64,000 bases of DNA from the NCBI GenBank assembly GCA_040756875.1, contig JBFLYH010000001.1:1276878-1340877 (forward strand), written 5' to 3'. Source of the stretch: a candidate division FCPU426 bacterium (GTDB lineage Bacteria > Oederibacteriota > JAAXVQ01 > JAUVAV01). The position numbers and the translations under genes were made by a program. Below are positions 1-9,818 of the stretch, in pieces. Position 1 is the stretch's first letter, and every line of letters begins with the position of its first letter. Below the pieces are notes generated by a model, which saw only the letters and a program-made list of their open reading frames with translations, ran no database searches and had not been told where the DNA came from.

Positions 1-183
1 CGCGCCGAGGAATAAACAATATTTCATATTAAATACTATTTATTCTTTCGCCCCTCCTTTTTTTAATACTAAATTGAATTAGTTATCATGACAATGCATC
101 TTTCTTATTTAGTCACAGCCATTGGAAATATAAATAGCTTGGTCAGGTTCTCCCTCACCCTCCTCTTTTCTACCCACATCAGT

Positions 184-705
184 TTATCTAGCAGAGTTTG
201 CCTTCATTTCCCTCAACCGTTCCTCAGCCAATTTAGCCAGGCGTATTCTGCTCTCCTTAGTAAATATGCTTTCCTTGGGCTTGGTCCAGGCTGCGATAAC
301 ATGCTTTGCCCAGCGGATTGGAGAGGCAAACAAGCTTGGCCGCTGATCCTCGCCCTGGGCGGCCAGTTTTTCGAGCGCGGGTATGGCCTGCTTGGCTTCC
401 GCGCCGAAGCGATCCAGCCATGCCAGCATTTCGGCTTTGAAATCTTTTATTTCCAGCGGGTTTTCAAACAGCACGATGATCGCCGCCAGGACTTCGTGCT
501 GGTCCGGCTGAATCCGTTTGCCGATTCCAGCCAGGACATCAGCATAAAAGCCGTGTTCCAGGCCAATAGGGTCCCATAATTCGCGTTCCTCTGCTTGGGA
601 GTGGGTCTGCTTGACAATTAGGTCCCAGGCTGTTTGGCGCGCGATTTTAGGATCAGAGGAGTAGAGTTTGGGGTATTGAGTTTTTATCGCTTCGAGATCA
701 GGCAT
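184..705 (-). CDS. hypothetical protein, helical (possible HEAT-like repeat)
   Basis: 173-aa ORF co-oriented with its neighbours. AKQAIPALEKL resembles a HEAT/PBS-lyase motif. Confidence 0.6.
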   Translation of the reverse strand: MPDLEAIKTQYPKLYSSDPKIARQTAWDLIVKQTHSQAEERELWDPIGLEHGFYADVLAGIGKRIQPDQHEVLAAIIVLFENPLEIKDFKAEMLAWLDRFGAEAKQAIPALEKLAAQGEDQRPSLFASPIRWAKHVIAAWTKPKESIFTKESRIRLAKLAEERLREMKANSAR

Positions 706-737
706 CAGCGCGCCTCAGGGAGCAGTGTGGCGTTCCT

Positions 738-1109
738 TTAGCATTTCTTTCCTTTATTATTCTCCCCCACCCTGAACTTCACGATCCTCTTCACCAGCGC
801 CCAGGGCACGGGCTGGTCCAGGGGAAACTGGACGGTTCCGGCCGAGGTTTTATAAGCACTGAGTTCTTTTTTGAAGGCTTTGATGCCGCTGGAAGTCGGG
901 TACAAGCCGACGTGCTTTTTGAAAGCCGCGTAATAGACCAGCGGCCCGTTGAGAAAGAACGCCGGCACGCCGTAACCCATCGCCTCCTTGGCTTTGGGCG
1001 CAACACCGCGGATGGTCCGGCGCATGGTTTTCAGGACCGCCTGGACTTCCTTGGGCTGGCGGCTGATATACTCGTCCACCGCGTTGATAGTCTTCTTGGC
1101 TTTTTCCAT
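738..1109 (-). CDS. DUF1801/YdhG-family protein
   Basis: VDEYI...MGYGVPAF...YYAAFKKHVGLYP...GTVQFPLDQPVP; GGAGG RBS upstream. Confidence 0.85.
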   Translation of the reverse strand: MEKAKKTINAVDEYISRQPKEVQAVLKTMRRTIRGVAPKAKEAMGYGVPAFFLNGPLVYYAAFKKHVGLYPTSSGIKAFKKELSAYKTSAGTVQFPLDQPVPWALVKRIVKFRVGENNKGKKC

Positions 1110-1143
1110 TTTTACCTCCCCAGGGACCGTTTAGGCTGGTCCT

Positions 1144-2871
1144 TTACTGCAGATAGGTGTTGATTAAACTCTGCACCAGGGCATTCGAATGCGTGGGCTT
1201 GGTGCAGAAGCGCCCTTTCAATAAATCCTTGGCCATGGTTTTGGCCTCGCTTTTGGACGCGGGATTGTCGTACAGGCCGTACTGGTCCACCCACATGGAA
1301 TACAGCGCGCCCCAGGCATACCCGCTGCCATTCTCGAACTGCTGGTCCATACCAGTGGAAACCTGGCCGCCGGGCGTGGACCAGGGCACGCAATTCACGT
1401 GCTTCGGATCGCCTGCCTCGCAGTGCCTGCCTTCGTGCACCAGGAGCTGGAGCGAGCCGAAGTAAGGCGCCAGGGACGGATTGGCAAACGGCACCTTGCA
1501 TGCGTCCCAGTGGCCGTCGTAACCCGAGGACCGGCTGTCCCACACGCTGAAATTGCGGTTTAAAGTGAGATGTCCTCCGCCCCCCAGGTTCTGTTGACAG
1601 TTCAAGGTCAGGTAGATGTTGTGAACATTGGCTTTCAGATGGTCGTAAACGGATTTGTTGTTGGTGAAAGGTGGAGTTTGGGAAAACCGCTGATGACGAA
1701 GCACTTCCAGCCTGGCGACCGCGACGATTTTGGAAGGGTCCCAGGAGGATTGGTTGAAGGCGAACTCCGGATAGGTGCTCCACTGTTCGTCCGCCGAGGC
1801 GCCATCCACCCACTGCAGGCCGAAATCCTTGACCACCCGGTCGATTTCCCCTTGCGCGGGCTGTGCCTGGTAAAGGGCCCAGAGATCGCTGTAAACCCGG
1901 ATTGCGGCTGTAGCGACCTCAGCCAGGCCGCTGACCTTGACTGTATGCGTGCCAACACTGATCTGGCCGTAACCGAGAATAAAGCCCGAACCCAGGGACA
2001 AGCCCTGATCCAGGGTCCAGGTCAGCTGGCTTGGCAATACCGGATGATAAGCGATCACCACGGCGCTGAACGTTTTAGGCTCAGCCGCGATGAACCGTTC
2101 GTTGGCCAGGGGCGACGCCAGGATCAGGGACGGGCCGTTGTAATGAAAAACGCAGTATTTGAGCTGCTGCCCGCTGGGAAGGCAGCACACAGCCGCCACT
2201 TTGGGCGCCTGGGCGTAAGGCGCCTCACCGCCCAGAAACTTTTGAATGTCATTGGCATCGTCGTAGGCCAATTTGTAATTCCAGCCGGACACAGGCTTGT
2301 TGATGTTATTGTGTTGGGAAAACAAGTAATAGGTCTCTGTCGTGCCCACGGAATAACCCGCCACCCGGGCCAGGCGGGCCGGCAGCAGGTAAGTGCCCTG
2401 CGCGCCCAGGCAGTTGCGGACATCGTCCGCGCTGTTCGCCAGCTTCCACTGCCAGGTGCCTTTGGGCTGCTGGCTGGCGCTTTGCTGGTAGAACACGTAA
2501 AATTCCGGCCGGTTCTGGTAATACAGGGCGCAGATTTCGGCTTCAGTGGCAGGATACTTGTAGGCGCCGCTGCCGTTCAGCAGGTTGATGACATCGGCCG
2601 GATCAGAGGCGTATTTCCACTGCCACTTGCCTTTGGGCAGGTTGGAGGAGGCGTGCTGGTAGAAAACGATGAATTCCTTTTGGTTGTTTTTGGAATAGGC
2701 GCAGATCCTGGCTTCCTTGATCGGAGTCTGGTAGCTGCCCGTGCCGTTCAAAAAAGCCATAACGTCGTTCTGATCAGGGCAGCTTTTCCAGGCCCACGCC
2801 CCGGCATCCGCCGCCAGGCCCGACCAAACCGCTGCCGCCAGCAACAGCCACACCGCGCCATGCTTTTTCAT
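1144..2871 (-). CDS. secreted protein with four ~57-aa repeats, an Ig-like domain and a C-terminal HExxH domain
   Basis: Start moved to ATG 2871 (GGAGG RBS; signal peptide MKKHGAVWLLLAAAVWSGLAADA). Repeats follow WxWK...DV..LxGxGxY..P; LLVHEGRH is encoded around 1423-1437. Confidence 0.75.
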   Translation of the reverse strand: MKKHGAVWLLLAAAVWSGLAADAGAWAWKSCPDQNDVMAFLNGTGSYQTPIKEARICAYSKNNQKEFIVFYQHASSNLPKGKWQWKYASDPADVINLLNGSGAYKYPATEAEICALYYQNRPEFYVFYQQSASQQPKGTWQWKLANSADDVRNCLGAQGTYLLPARLARVAGYSVGTTETYYLFSQHNNINKPVSGWNYKLAYDDANDIQKFLGGEAPYAQAPKVAAVCCLPSGQQLKYCVFHYNGPSLILASPLANERFIAAEPKTFSAVVIAYHPVLPSQLTWTLDQGLSLGSGFILGYGQISVGTHTVKVSGLAEVATAAIRVYSDLWALYQAQPAQGEIDRVVKDFGLQWVDGASADEQWSTYPEFAFNQSSWDPSKIVAVARLEVLRHQRFSQTPPFTNNKSVYDHLKANVHNIYLTLNCQQNLGGGGHLTLNRNFSVWDSRSSGYDGHWDACKVPFANPSLAPYFGSLQLLVHEGRHCEAGDPKHVNCVPWSTPGGQVSTGMDQQFENGSGYAWGALYSMWVDQYGLYDNPASKSEAKTMAKDLLKGRFCTKPTHSNALVQSLINTYLQ

Positions 2872-2894
2872 TTTTTCCTCCCAAAAGTTGTTCC

Positions 2895-3563
2895 CTACCA
2901 CACTCCCATCAGCAATCTCCATTTGGTTTTTTGCTTGTAATCCGCGTACCCTTCCAGTTCCGCTTCCAGGGTCTTGTCCTCTTTAGCCGTGCGGACCGCG
3001 AAGATGGCAATAACAGCCAGCGTGCCCAGCAGGGACCAGGCGGAACCAAGGAGCAGGGGCAAGCCCAGGTATTGAATCATGAGGCCGCAGTACATGGGAT
3101 GCCGGACCAGGGCGTACGGTCCGGTGGTGACGACTTTGTGGCCGCGTTCGGTTTGAATGCGGACCGTCTGTTCCAGAAAGGGATTGGTGACTAATACCCA
3201 GTCAATAAGGGCGGCGCCCATTATATATAGGAAGGCGCCCGGATAAACAAGCGCATCAGGCAGGCTGGTCCAGCCAAAACGCACGGCATCCAGGCCGGCC
3301 AGCACCGGAAAAGCGAGGTAGAAGAACGCATACACGGGCATGAGCACTTTGTCCCAGCCCTTGGTGCCTTTTCGCACTTTGCTGCGGGCTTCCGCGATGC
3401 GGGGATTGAAACGGGCGACCAGAACGAAATTGACGGCCAGAGTCAGGACCATGAGCCCGACCAGGATCCAGGCCCTGGGCCAGTCCCAGGTGCCGGCGGC
3501 AATAAACAAGAGCCCGGCCCAGATGCCGAAGGTAATGATGATCTGCAATGCGCGTCTGAGCAT
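2895..3563 (-). CDS. isoprenylcysteine carboxyl methyltransferase (STE14/PEMT) family membrane protein
   Basis: GHKVVTTGPYALVRHPMY and EDKTL..EL.GY.DY motifs; several TM helices. Confidence 0.9.
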   Translation of the reverse strand: MLRRALQIIITFGIWAGLLFIAAGTWDWPRAWILVGLMVLTLAVNFVLVARFNPRIAEARSKVRKGTKGWDKVLMPVYAFFYLAFPVLAGLDAVRFGWTSLPDALVYPGAFLYIMGAALIDWVLVTNPFLEQTVRIQTERGHKVVTTGPYALVRHPMYCGLMIQYLGLPLLLGSAWSLLGTLAVIAIFAVRTAKEDKTLEAELEGYADYKQKTKWRLLMGVW

Positions 3564-3596
3564 GGTTTCCCTCTCCTGGCAGCGCAGGCAACCGCG

Positions 3597-3947
3597 CTAA
3601 ATATGGCAGTATTGCCTGACCTGTTTGATGACTTGCTCCACTTGGCCCACCACGTTGACCACGTTTTGCGCGAATTGAACCTGGTTGTTCACGGATTCGA
3701 TGGCTTGGGCCGTCCGGGTTTGGGCAGCGCGCACCTCAACCATCAAGGGATGGGTTTCAGCGATCAGATCCTGATAGGCGTGGTCAAGCAGGGTTTTCAG
3801 CAGGTCCCGCAAATACTTCAGGGATTCGCCCAGCGATGCGGCCTGCTCGGCGTAACCTTGCTCGTCAGCCTCCATTTGGCACTGGCTCAATTTGCTCTTT
3901 AAAGCATTCAATTGTCCGATGAGCGAAATCGCATCTACTTCCGGCAT
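3597..3947 (-). CDS. small helical hypothetical protein
   Basis: 116-aa ORF starting 14 bp after the lipoprotein gene, with a GGGGGA RBS. Confidence 0.7.
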   Translation of the reverse strand: MPEVDAISLIGQLNALKSKLSQCQMEADEQGYAEQAASLGESLKYLRDLLKTLLDHAYQDLIAETHPLMVEVRAAQTRTAQAIESVNNQVQFAQNVVNVVGQVEQVIKQVRQYCHI

Positions 3948-3961
3948 GGGTTGTTCCCCCG

Positions 3962-4867
3962 CTATTTGTCCGATTTGAGATTCTCGTATAAGTGCCCCAG
4001 CTGCCGCCCTTCCTCGATCAACAACTGCAGGCCCGGCCGGTCAAAGGTCAGGGCCGTGGCTTTGACCGCTTGGGCCAGCTCCTGGTGCGCGGCCGGCAGG
4101 GCGGCATAGATCTTTTCCATTTGCTGCAGGGCGTCCAAAATGTCGATCAGCCGGTCGTTCAGCGCGTACATCTGCTCCACCAGCGCAGCGCGGGACCCGG
4201 CCGGCGACTGCTTCCAGGCGGCCCGGATGGGTTCGTAGTGGTCGCCGTAGTAGGCTTTGAAGTTTTCCCGCAGCAACTGGATCAGGCGCGTGCAGTGGGC
4301 CGCGTATTTTTCCACCAGGGGCTGGTTCTCCCTGACGATCCTGCCCAAGGCCTCCAGCCTTTTTCCCCGGATGTATTCGCGCGCCGCTTCCACGGCCACG
4401 GCCGAGAAGACCGGGATGCCTTCCTTGGGCGGAGCCCAGTTCAACGCCTGCGCCGCCGTTTCCGCGTTCCGGTTCAATTGCGCGGCCAGGGTTTCGAACG
4501 CCGCGGGATCATCCACCTGGTTGTCCGCCAGGCGCAGCAGCAGCCCGGCGTAGCTTTGCATGTTGTCGTTGAGTATCCAAAAAACCTTGCGGGCCTGCTT
4601 GATGCGCAGGTACAAAGGCACGGGTTCCAGGGTCCAGTCATAGCCCTGGCCCAGCCGCATGACCAGCTGGCTCATCTGGCCGTCAAAGGTTTGCGCGTCA
4701 GCCGAGCGCACCCAGTCCACTCCCAGGCCGAGCGAATCGTCCATGGCGGCCTGGCCCTGTTTGACGGCGGATTGAAAGGTTTGAAACGGCTGGACATTGA
4801 CCGAGGCGCAGCCCGCCAGGAACGGGAGCAAAAGGCCGAGCAGGCACAGGGTCCTCATGGCGTTCAT
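3962..4867 (-). CDS. all-helical putative lipoprotein
   Basis: Lipobox FLAG-C; GGAGG RBS. Confidence 0.75.
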   Translation of the reverse strand: MNAMRTLCLLGLLLPFLAGCASVNVQPFQTFQSAVKQGQAAMDDSLGLGVDWVRSADAQTFDGQMSQLVMRLGQGYDWTLEPVPLYLRIKQARKVFWILNDNMQSYAGLLLRLADNQVDDPAAFETLAAQLNRNAETAAQALNWAPPKEGIPVFSAVAVEAAREYIRGKRLEALGRIVRENQPLVEKYAAHCTRLIQLLRENFKAYYGDHYEPIRAAWKQSPAGSRAALVEQMYALNDRLIDILDALQQMEKIYAALPAAHQELAQAVKATALTFDRPGLQLLIEEGRQLGHLYENLKSDK

Positions 4868-4945
4868 CCGGCACCTCCGCTTCTTCGGACAGCAGGGATG
4901 TCCACGAGTATATAGGAAGGAGAGGCAAAAATCCAGCAGAGGCGC

Positions 4946-5878
4946 CTAGGGTTGCGCCTGTTTCAACGCCTCCACGGTTTCGCGCACAGCCTGCCCGCTG
5001 CTGACCGGAGCATATTTGAACGTCTGCTCGTACTTGGCGCTGTCGAAGAAACAGGGGCGGTCGTACTGGTATTTCATTTCGTCCATTTCGCGCAGGATGG
5101 GCACGAACAGGCCCAGGAGCTTGATGCCCCAGCCCGGCAAGACTTGAACGCGGGGTTTGGCGTTGAGCTCCGCGGCGAACAACCGCACCCATTCCTCGCC
5201 CGTGAGCGGCGGTGCGGTGGGCAGGTTCCAGATTTGATTGAAAGCCGAGGAGGTGTTGCCGAGCTTGGCCGTGGCCATGGCCAGTTCGGGCGTGTACCCC
5301 ACGGAATGCGGGACTCTGGCGTTGCACAGCCACATGGCTTTTTGGCCCTTGGCCAGATTGTCGTACACCATGGCCATGAGCGCGCTGTTGACTTTGATCG
5401 GCCCGAAAAAATCAGGCGAGCGGGCGATCACGGCCAGCAGCCGGCCTTTTTCGATTTTTTCGATGAGCATGCGGTCCACCTGGGCCCGGGCCTGCCCTTT
5501 CCGGCTGGTGGGCGACAGCGGCGAGTCCTCGGTAATGTGCCGGACATGGTTCTCGCCGATGGCATAGGTGTTGTCGAAGAACACCAGCCTGGTCCGGTGC
5601 TCGATGCAGGCATCGATGACGTTCTGCATGAGGGCCGGCCACAGGCGTTCCCAGGCTTCGGCGCGATAGGGCAGGCCCACGGTCAGGTAGACCACCTCGC
5701 TGCCGCGCACGGCGAAGAACACCTGCTCCCGGTTGGTGAGATCGGCGGACAGCAAATCATCCGTGGCATTGACTTTTTTCGGATTGCGGCTGACCAGACG
5801 GATTTCCTTGGTGTAAGCGGTCAGGCTTTTGGCCAAGCTGGTTCCTATGGCGCCGCTCGATCCCAAAATTGTTTGCAT
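4946..5878 (-). CDS. NAD-dependent epimerase/dehydratase-like (atypical SDR)
   Basis: ILGSSGAIG Rossmann motif, VYLTVG, ARSPDFFGP; AAGGAG RBS. Confidence 0.85.
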   Translation of the reverse strand: MQTILGSSGAIGTSLAKSLTAYTKEIRLVSRNPKKVNATDDLLSADLTNREQVFFAVRGSEVVYLTVGLPYRAEAWERLWPALMQNVIDACIEHRTRLVFFDNTYAIGENHVRHITEDSPLSPTSRKGQARAQVDRMLIEKIEKGRLLAVIARSPDFFGPIKVNSALMAMVYDNLAKGQKAMWLCNARVPHSVGYTPELAMATAKLGNTSSAFNQIWNLPTAPPLTGEEWVRLFAAELNAKPRVQVLPGWGIKLLGLFVPILREMDEMKYQYDRPCFFDSAKYEQTFKYAPVSSGQAVRETVEALKQAQP

Positions 5879-6038
5879 TCGCCTCTCCTTTAGGCACCCA
5901 GCCGGATTCGCTTGCTCAAGACTTTCTATTTATTGGACTCGCAAATAAGTTATAAAATTACTTCAACATAGAGAAAAACAGTATAAAAAAAGTTATACAC
6001 CTTGTTTTCGATGCCTATTTTCCTGGGCATTAAAACGG

Positions 6039-6066
6039 ATTATAGCATTTAAATATGTGTAGTCAA
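6039..6066 (-). promoter_or_regulatory. sigma70-type promoter
   Basis: Minus strand TTGACT-16 bp-TATAAT with a TGn extended -10, in AT-rich DNA upstream of the SDR gene. Confidence 0.6.
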
Positions 6067-6138
6067 GAATTGAGAAAATAAAAAATCAGTCACACATTCA
6101 CGGATTTTATGCAGGAGAGCAAGACAGGCAGGCTGGCT

Positions 6139-7080
6139 TCATTTTTTCATCCCCAGCGCCAGGGCCAGCACCTGCGCGTACAGCCCCAGCCTGGCAGGCA
6201 ATTCGCGCCAGGGCTTGCGAAATACCACGGTCAGGGCCAGGCGCCCCAGGCTCCAACCCACGGCGTGCGCCGCCACTGCGGCCCTGGCCAGCCCTTCGCC
6301 CCGGATTCCCCGGTGCTTGCGCCAATACTTAAAAGCGCTGCGGAAATTGATGAGCACGCCCTCGCCTTTCATTTGGGCCATGCCCGCGCCCCAGTGGTGG
6401 AACACCTCGGCGGACGGCACGTAACCCACGCGGCCGCCGGTCGCGGCCAGGCGCTTGAACCAATCCACCTCTTCGTAATAGATGAAGAACTGTTCGTCCA
6501 GCAGGCCGACGCGTTCGAACGCCTCGCGCCTGGCCACCAAACACGCGCCTGACACTTCGTCCACCAGCGCCGGCCGGTCGAAGTCCAGGCGGCCGAACAC
6601 GCGGCGTTGCCACCAGGCCGTGCGCTTGAGGCAGCCGGGCAGCAGGTCTTCCAGAAAAAACCGGCCCGGCGCGGGAAAACGCCGGCCCGAGGGCTGGAGG
6701 CTTCCGTCGCTGTTCAGGAGTTTGGGGCCCACGGCCATGAGCTCCGGCCGGGCCTGCAGTTCCCCCACCAGGGTGAGCAGGGCCCGGGGCTTGAGCTCGG
6801 CGTCCGGCGCCACGAAAGCCCAAAACGGCGCGGTGGCGCGGCGCAGAGCCTGGTTGGTGCCGGCCGCGAACCCGACGCTGGCCGGGTTGGTCAGGAGCAG
6901 CACTTCGGGATATTGGGCGCGCACAGCCTCCGGACTGCCGTCCGACGAGCCGTTGTCCACCACGATGATTTCCAGGGGCAGAAAGCTGGATTCGGCGCGG
7001 AGCGAGGCCAGGCATTTGAGCAGCAGGTCGCGCGTGTTCCAGTTGACGACGGCCACGCTGACGCGGGGACTGGCGGTCAC
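6139..7080 (-). CDS. family 2 glycosyltransferase
   Basis: VAVVNWN...VVDNGSSDGS...GFAAGTNQ...EVSGAC...YYEEVDW. GTG start overlaps the upstream TGA. Confidence 0.9.
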   Translation of the reverse strand: MTASPRVSVAVVNWNTRDLLLKCLASLRAESSFLPLEIIVVDNGSSDGSPEAVRAQYPEVLLLTNPASVGFAAGTNQALRRATAPFWAFVAPDAELKPRALLTLVGELQARPELMAVGPKLLNSDGSLQPSGRRFPAPGRFFLEDLLPGCLKRTAWWQRRVFGRLDFDRPALVDEVSGACLVARREAFERVGLLDEQFFIYYEEVDWFKRLAATGGRVGYVPSAEVFHHWGAGMAQMKGEGVLINFRSAFKYWRKHRGIRGEGLARAAVAAHAVGWSLGRLALTVVFRKPWRELPARLGLYAQVLALALGMKK

Positions 7081-8105
7081 TGCTTCCGCTCCCACCCTTC
7101 CCAGGTTTTCAGCCCAACCAGGCGGCACCAGCCGCGGCTGAGCAGGTTGAGCAGCCAGCCGCCGAAGCCGGTGTGGTTGGTGAGCTTGCCGCTCATCCAG
7201 CGGACAATCTCAGCGTCCGGCACGCTGCGCTGCGATTGCAGCAGCCGGCGCTTGTCCGCGATCTCCCCTGCGTGCGCCCTGACCCAGGCCCGGGCGCGCC
7301 GGATGGGCGCGCTGCTCCGGCCCTGCCGCCGATCGGACAGGCGCTCCGCGGCGCGGGCCAGCCACATGAGCGGCCAGACGCGCAGGCGCGTCCAGGGCGC
7401 GAACAGGGTCAGGAAATTAAGGCAGCGGTTGCGTTCGAGCAGGAAGCGGTTGTCGTCCGACAGGTCGCCGACCGTGGCGCCGCCGATGTGCTTGACCACC
7501 GTGTCCGGCAGGCGCAGGACGCGGTAGCCCATGAGCCGGGCCCGCCAGGCCAGGTGGATCTCCTCGTGGAAAAACCCGTAGTCCGGGTCAAAGGGCGGGC
7601 CGAGCAGGTTGCGTTTGTACACCAGCGAGCAGCCGGCCGCGCCGAAGGTAAGGCTGGGGTCCTTGAACGCGCTTTGGATGATGGTGCCGGTCAGGCTCAT
7701 GGTGCCGTTGCCGGGATAGTGCGCCATGTTGAGCTTGAGGTTGTACACGCCCGGCCCGGCGATGGCGGCCAGGGGATCGGCTTCCAGCGCGGCCACGAGC
7801 CGGCTGATGAAATTGGTGGGCAGGTACACGTCGTTGGAGATCAGGGCCATATACTCGGCCGGACTGTGCTCCACGCCCGCGTTGTTGGCGGCCGCGAAAC
7901 CGATGTTCTTGGGCAGGCTGAGCAGGCGCGCCTGCGGGAACTCGCGCCGCACGTTGGCCGCGGTGTTGTCGGTCGAGCCGTTGTCCACCACCAGGATGTC
8001 CAGGCCCGGCCAGTCCTGCGCCGTGACGTTCCTGAGGCATTCGGCCAGCAGGGGCCAGCCGTTGTACGACAGCACCAGGGCCGTGACCAGCGGGCGTCGG
8101 GTCAT
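7077..8105 (-). CDS. family 2 glycosyltransferase
   Basis: LVLSYNG...VVDNGSTD...NIGFAAANN...ISNDV. ATGA overlap with the flippase gene places the start at 8105. Confidence 0.9.
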   Translation of the reverse strand: MTRRPLVTALVLSYNGWPLLAECLRNVTAQDWPGLDILVVDNGSTDNTAANVRREFPQARLLSLPKNIGFAAANNAGVEHSPAEYMALISNDVYLPTNFISRLVAALEADPLAAIAGPGVYNLKLNMAHYPGNGTMSLTGTIIQSAFKDPSLTFGAAGCSLVYKRNLLGPPFDPDYGFFHEEIHLAWRARLMGYRVLRLPDTVVKHIGGATVGDLSDDNRFLLERNRCLNFLTLFAPWTRLRVWPLMWLARAAERLSDRRQGRSSAPIRRARAWVRAHAGEIADKRRLLQSQRSVPDAEIVRWMSGKLTNHTGFGGWLLNLLSRGWCRLVGLKTWEGWERKQ

Positions 8106-9580
8106 GTCAGCTTCACGTTCCCCGGCTGGGTCGGCCGCAGCACGCGGCTGAACAGCTCCTGGTCCACCTCGTCGAAAGCCCGGAAGACCCACAGCAGGCA
8201 AAAGTAGGCCGCGCCGGCGAGCAGGATCTGGAAGCCCAGTTCCCAGGCGTGGATCAGCATCAGCAGCCCGTACATGGCGGCCCCGGCCAGAGCCGGCCGC
8301 AGGAGGTGCCGCAGGAGCGAGGGCGTCAGCGACAGCGGCCGCCACAGCGTGCCCGTAAAAATGGCCAGGGTCAGCACTTCCGAGGCCAGGGTGGTCCAGG
8401 CCGCGCCCAGCATGCCGTAGCGCGGGATGGCCCAGAGGTTGGCGAGCACGTTGAAGAGCATGCCGGCCAGCACCAGGACCGTGACGATCCGCTGCCGTCC
8501 CATGGCGATCAAGTAGGGCGCATTGATGCTGTTGACCGCGATCAGCACCAGGGTCCACATGAGCACCATGAGCACGGGCACGCTGGCCAGGTACTGGGCG
8601 CCGTAGAGCACGTCGATGAAGCGGTCGGCCAGGGCCACGGTGCCCAGGGCCAGGGGCAGGGAGAGCACGAACATGTATTTCATGGAGCGGCGGTAGATGA
8701 GCTGAAAGCGCTGGGGATTGGCGCCGAAGCTCGCCGAAATGACCGGGAACACCGCGCCGCCGTAATAGGCGGGCAGGATCAGGGTGAGCTCCAGCAGGCG
8801 GTAGGCCGCGTTGTACAGCCCCACGGCGTCCTGGCCCCGGAACGACCCCAGCATGACCGTGTCCACGCGGAAATAAATCACGGAAAACAGGTTGGCCAGG
8901 GCCAGGGGCGCGGCCTCCCGGAGCAGGGTGCGCCAAAAAGCCGGGTCCAGGCTGAAGACCGGGCGGATGAAGTAGAAGAGGATGCCCGCGAGAATGATCA
9001 GGTGGACGACCGCGGACAGGGTGTTGATCCAGATCAGGGCCGCGACCCCGGCGCCGGCCGCGAGCGCGCCCAGGGAGGCGGTGACGCGCAGGGTGGTCAC
9101 GACCACGGACACCGTGGAGGGGATCTCCATGCGCTGATGGGCGTAAAAAACCGCCGAGGCCGAATCCACGTTGGCCGTGAACATCAGGGACAGCGCGGCC
9201 ACCGCGCTGAGCAGCACGATGGCCGGCGGCTGGCCGAGCAGCCAGGCCGCGGCCACCATGCCGCCGCCCGCGAACAGGGACAGCAGCACGCGCACGGCCA
9301 GGACATTGGTGAAATAACGGGAGTCCTGGTCCGGGTCCCGCGACAGGTCGCGCGTGGTGAGCGTGCCCAGGCCGAAATCCGCAATGATGTAAAAAATGGC
9401 CTGCAGGGAAAGGACGTAGGCGTACTGGCCGAAGCCGTTCGTGCCCAGCTGGCGGGCCGCGTAGATGACCAGGGCCACGCCCAGCAGCTTGTTCAGCACG
9501 CCGGCCACCAACTGCACCAGCGAATTCTTCGCGATGCGGGCCGTGGGGTTCAGTTTGGAGGATTGGCCGTTTTCAGCCAC
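8102..9580 (-). CDS. wzx: Wzx-type oligosaccharide flippase
   Basis: Many TM helices; ARQLG...FGQY, DFGL, RVDTVMLG...VGLYNAAYRL. Confidence 0.85.
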   Translation of the reverse strand: MAENGQSSKLNPTARIAKNSLVQLVAGVLNKLLGVALVIYAARQLGTNGFGQYAYVLSLQAIFYIIADFGLGTLTTRDLSRDPDQDSRYFTNVLAVRVLLSLFAGGGMVAAAWLLGQPPAIVLLSAVAALSLMFTANVDSASAVFYAHQRMEIPSTVSVVVTTLRVTASLGALAAGAGVAALIWINTLSAVVHLIILAGILFYFIRPVFSLDPAFWRTLLREAAPLALANLFSVIYFRVDTVMLGSFRGQDAVGLYNAAYRLLELTLILPAYYGGAVFPVISASFGANPQRFQLIYRRSMKYMFVLSLPLALGTVALADRFIDVLYGAQYLASVPVLMVLMWTLVLIAVNSINAPYLIAMGRQRIVTVLVLAGMLFNVLANLWAIPRYGMLGAAWTTLASEVLTLAIFTGTLWRPLSLTPSLLRHLLRPALAGAAMYGLLMLIHAWELGFQILLAGAAYFCLLWVFRAFDEVDQELFSRVLRPTQPGNVKLT

Positions 9581-9621
9581 GAGCGCGTTCTCCCTGGTCT
9601 TGGGCGATGAAAATCGGGCCC

Positions 9622-9649
9622 ATTATAGCATAAAACCCGAAAACGTCAC
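9622..9649 (-). promoter_or_regulatory. extended -10 sigma70-type promoter for the wzx operon
   Basis: Minus strand GTGACG-16 bp-TATAAT with TGn. Confidence 0.5.
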
Positions 9650-9678
9650 GGTTCCTGGTTGGAGGCCCGGCCGTTTAA

Positions 9679-9818
9679 CAGGGTGCTGAAAAAGCCTTTT
9701 CGCAGTCTTTGCGAGGACCGGAGGGACGAAGCAATCTCGGTTGATAAGGATAAAACCAGATTGCCACGCTTCCTTTGGTCGCTCGCAATGACCGTTTAGA
9801 GGCTTTTTCATCAGCATT
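9679..9818. mobile_element. MITE-like element (IS5/IS1182-like ends) containing a nested palindromic repeat
   Basis: Left end CAGGGTGCTGAAAAA, right end TTTTTCATCAGCATT, TTAA on both flanks (9675-9678 and 9819-9822). Ends match the element at 32165-32294. Confidence 0.7.
9705..9792. repeat. GTCATTGCGAG...CTCGCAATGAC palindromic repeat, copy 1
   Basis: GTCTTTGCGAG..GAAGCAATC..GATTGC..CTCGCAATGAC; same architecture at 22103 and 26006. Confidence 0.8.

Noticed and set aside
1-27. Possible start of a minus-strand gene (MKYCLFLGA) running off the window
   Set aside because: Only nine codons are visible and the RBS-like AAGGAGG is too far upstream to support a call.
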